Part shown: piece by piece, positions 61,458-64,000 of the stretch
Layout: each line of letters begins with the position of its first letter
How positions within the stretch are numbered: position 1 is the first letter of the stretch
Source of the DNA: Anaeromyxobacteraceae bacterium
GTDB lineage: Bacteria > Myxococcota > Myxococcia > Myxococcales > Anaeromyxobacteraceae
Length of the DNA stretch: 64,000 nt
Direction: 5' to 3'
Assembly (NCBI GenBank): GCA_047602405.1
Contig: JASGHJ010000001.1
Span: 2,272,001-2,336,000 of the forward strand
Program-made: the position numbers and the translations under genes
Notes under the pieces: model-generated
Seen by the model: only the letters and a program-made list of their open reading frames with translations
Told to the model about the DNA's origin: nothing
Database searches by the model: none

Positions 61458-61898
61458 ATGATCCCCGCCCGACTTCCCGCCGTCCGCATCCGCTGTCCGC
61501 AGGAGCACGAGGCCCGCGTGTCGCGCGCGCTCGCCGCCGCGGGCTTCACCCCCGAGCGCTCGCTCACCTGGCTCGTGGTGCGCGACGCCGATCCCGACGC
61601 GGTGAACGAGGCGCTCGTCGCCGGCGGGGCCGTGCCGCGGGTCGCCGTGCGCGAGCGCATCGGCCAGCTCGTGGGCTGGGTCCTCGACCGCGAGGGGCAG
61701 ATGGACGGCCGTGCGGCGAACGTCGAGATGCTCGTGAAGAAGGTCCTCGACGACGCCGGGCTCGCGGCCGCGCTGAAGCCGCGCCCGGCCGACGCCCTCC
61801 TCGCCGCCGCCCGGGCGCTCCACGAGCACCTCATGGCGACCGGCGCCGGGTTCGTGTCCTGGACCCGGTTCGCCGAGGCGTTCTGCGAGGCCGTGTAG
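61458..61898 (+). CDS. Hypothetical protein flanked by inverted repeats
   Basis: 146-aa ORF with host-like codon usage; no recognised motif. Confidence 0.65.
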   Translation: MIPARLPAVRIRCPQEHEARVSRALAAAGFTPERSLTWLVVRDADPDAVNEALVAGGAVPRVAVRERIGQLVGWVLDREGQMDGRAANVEMLVKKVLDDAGLAAALKPRPADALLAAARALHEHLMATGAGFVSWTRFAEAFCEAV

Positions 61899-61983
61899 CG
61901 TCCTTCGACTTCGGCCGCTCATGCTGAGCGTAGGCCCCTGCGTCAAGCAGGGGCCGGAGTCGAAGCACGCTCAGGATGAGCGG
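61899..61983 (-). repeat. Nested family A palindromic element (right inverted repeat)
   Basis: Close reverse complement of 61334-61418; overlaps the cinA stop. Confidence 0.8.
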
Positions 61984-63213
61984 CCGTGCTCGATCGCCCG
62001 GCGCAGCAGGTCCAGCGCCTCGTACGCCGCCGAGCGCTGCACGCGCGGGCGGTCGCCGCGGAACTGGCGAAGCGCGTGGGTGGTCCCGTCCGGCCCGGCG
62101 ACCGCGAGGTGCACCGTGCCGACCGGCTTCTCCGGCGTGCCGCCCGAGGGGCCGGCGATGCCGGTGACGCCGACGCCGTAGGTCGCGCCGCCGAGCCTTC
62201 GCACGCCCTCGGCGAGCGCGCGCGCGACCGGCTCGGACACGGCGCCGTGCGCGGCGAGCAGCGCGGCGGGGACGCCGACGACGCCCTCCTTCACGGCGTT
62301 CGCGTAGGCGACCACGCCGAGGTCGAGCACGTTCGAGGCGCCCGGGACCGCGGTGAGGAGCGAGGCGAGGAGCCCGCCGGTGCAGCTCTCGGCGAGCGCG
62401 ACCTTCTCGCCGCGCGCCTGGAGCCGCGCGACGACGAGCGCGGGCAGCTCGTCCTTCGCTTGGCCCCGAGATCCGGTCGCCGAAGGCGGCGCGCACCGCG
62501 GCCTCGATGCGGTCGGCGTGGGCGGCGGCGTCGGGGCCGGTCACGGTCCACTTCACGTGGACCTCCGGCCAGTGCGCGCGGTAGCCCCAGCGCACGCCGG
62601 CGTTCGCGGGGTCGTCCATGATCGGCCGCATCGCGTGGTCGGCGTGCGACTCCGGGACGCCGATGAGCTTCACGACGCGCGCGGCGGGGGCCGCGCCGAG
62701 GCGGGCGGCGACGCGCGGCAGCACCCACTCGTCGCACAGGCCCCTGTACTCGAGCGGCACGCCGGGCAGGCACACGAGCTCGCCCTTGCCCACGCGAACC
62801 GCGAAGCCGGGCGCGCTGCCGAAGCGGTTCGGGACGACCTCCGCACCGCGCGGGAAGTCGGCCTGCTTCAGGTTGTTGGGCGTGAGCGCGCGGCCGAACG
62901 AGCGGAAGCGCTCCTCGAGGGCGGTCACGGTCGGCGCGTGGCGCTCGAGCGGCACGCCGAGCACGCCCGCCACGACCTCGCTCGTGAGGTCGTCCTCGGT
63001 CGGGCCCATGCCGCCGGACAGCACGACGAGGTCGGCGCGCGCGGTGGTCTCGCGGATGGCGCGGTCGAGGTCGGCGCGGTCGTCGCCGACGAGGGTCTTC
63101 CGGCGCACCATCACGCCGAGGTCCCACAGCCGGTCCATCAGCCAGGGCGAGTTCGTGTCCACCACCTGCCCGGTGAGGAGCTCGTCGCCGGTCGCGAGCA
63201 GCTCGACGTCCAT
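61971..63213 (-). CDS. cinA: CinA (molybdopterin-binding-like + PncC NMN deamidase), 1-nt frameshift near 62468
   Basis: GDELLTGQVVDTN, GGMGPTEDD, LPGVP; AESCTGG and TGIAGP.GGTPEKPVG in the other frame. Confidence 0.9.
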
Positions 63214-63231
63214 CGCGGTGATCTCCCGTGT

Positions 63232-63813
63232 CTACAGGCCGCACCACCAGCCGCCGGCGTCGCAGCCGGCGTACCGCGCGAGCGCCCAGCCGACGAGCCG
63301 GAGCAGCGCCCACGCCCAGACGCCCGCCGCCACGTCGTCGAGGATGACCGCGGGGGCGTTCTTCATGCGGTCGAACGCGGACGCGGGCCACGGCTTCAGG
63401 ACGTCGCAGGCGCGGAAGAGCGCGAAGCCGAGCAGCGCGGACGAGAAGGTGAAGGGCACGGCCAGCATCGTGACGAGGTAGCCCGCCACCTCGTCGATGA
63501 CGATGGGCGAGGCGTCGGTCACGCCCCAGTACTTCCCGGCGTGGCCCGCCGCGACGATGCCGACCACCGTCACGATCGCAGCGATGGCGAGCTCGCCGCC
63601 GACGCCGAGCTTCGAGGCGGCCCAGGCGAGCGGGATGGCGCCGAGCGTGCCGAACGTGCCGGGGGCGACCGGGACGAAGCCGCACGGGCCCCAGGCCGCG
63701 AGGATCGTCCAGCCGCCGGGCGGGCCCGCCGGGCGCGGGCCGCGGCGGACGCGGTAGAAGCGGGAGAGGCCTGACGGGGGCGGGCTTCCGGGCGACGGCT
63801 CGGGCGCGGACAC
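63232..63813 (-). CDS. pgpA: Phosphatidylglycerophosphatase A
   Basis: APGTFGT, IVIDEVAG, FR..DVLKPWP, LDDVAAG; start approximate. Confidence 0.9.
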   Translation of the reverse strand: MSAPEPSPGSPPPSGLSRFYRVRRGPRPAGPPGGWTILAAWGPCGFVPVAPGTFGTLGAIPLAWAASKLGVGGELAIAAIVTVVGIVAAGHAGKYWGVTDASPIVIDEVAGYLVTMLAVPFTFSSALLGFALFRACDVLKPWPASAFDRMKNAPAVILDDVAAGVWAWALLRLVGWALARYAGCDAGGWWCGL

Positions 63814-63817
63814 GCTC

Positions 63818-64000
63818 TTAGATGTACTCGTCCTGCCGCCGCTTGTCGCCCTCGGCATCGTCGTCGTCCGCCTCGAGCGCCTCGTCGGCCTCGATCTCGG
63901 CGCGGACGTCGGCGGGCAGCGCGGCCGGGTCGACGCGCGGGCGGGAGAGCGCGAGCAGCGCCTCGGCGAGCCCCATCGCGACGTACGCGGCGACGAACAC
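63818..64000 (-). CDS. C-terminal fragment of a membrane protein (truncated by window end)
   Basis: Hydrophobic helix followed by an acidic tail; host-like codons. Confidence 0.5.
   Translation of the reverse strand: MFVAAYVAMGLAEALLALSRPRVDPAALPADVRAEIEADEALEADDDDAEGDKRRQDEYI

Overview
A very GC-rich (roughly 70-75% by eye) myxobacterial chromosome segment, most like Anaeromyxobacter. The core block is truD, tadA, two tRNA-Ser, SRP RNA, dnaX, ybaB, recR and mglBA. It is followed by a ~19.5 kb operon that joins a Glt/Agl gliding-machinery-like TPR/TonB cluster, a 1568-aa FG-GAP plus 12x cadherin-like Ig protein, and a Wzp beta-barrel/short OPX polysaccharide export pair. Also present: a Ser/Thr kinase-PEGA-lipoprotein module, paired Cys-rich Sel1-like proteins, a GNAT-acyltransferase-agmatinase operon, comM-recA behind an overlapping sigma54 promoter and LexA-like box, an intact IS4-family element with an 8-bp target duplication, a peptidase-propeller-Omp85 protein, cinA and pgpA. 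Two dispersed palindromic repeat families occur, including in-frame copies in dnaX and nested inverted copies flanking a small orphan gene. Five genes have single-base frameshifts that are probably assembly errors. All calls come from motif reading and recall; no searches were run.
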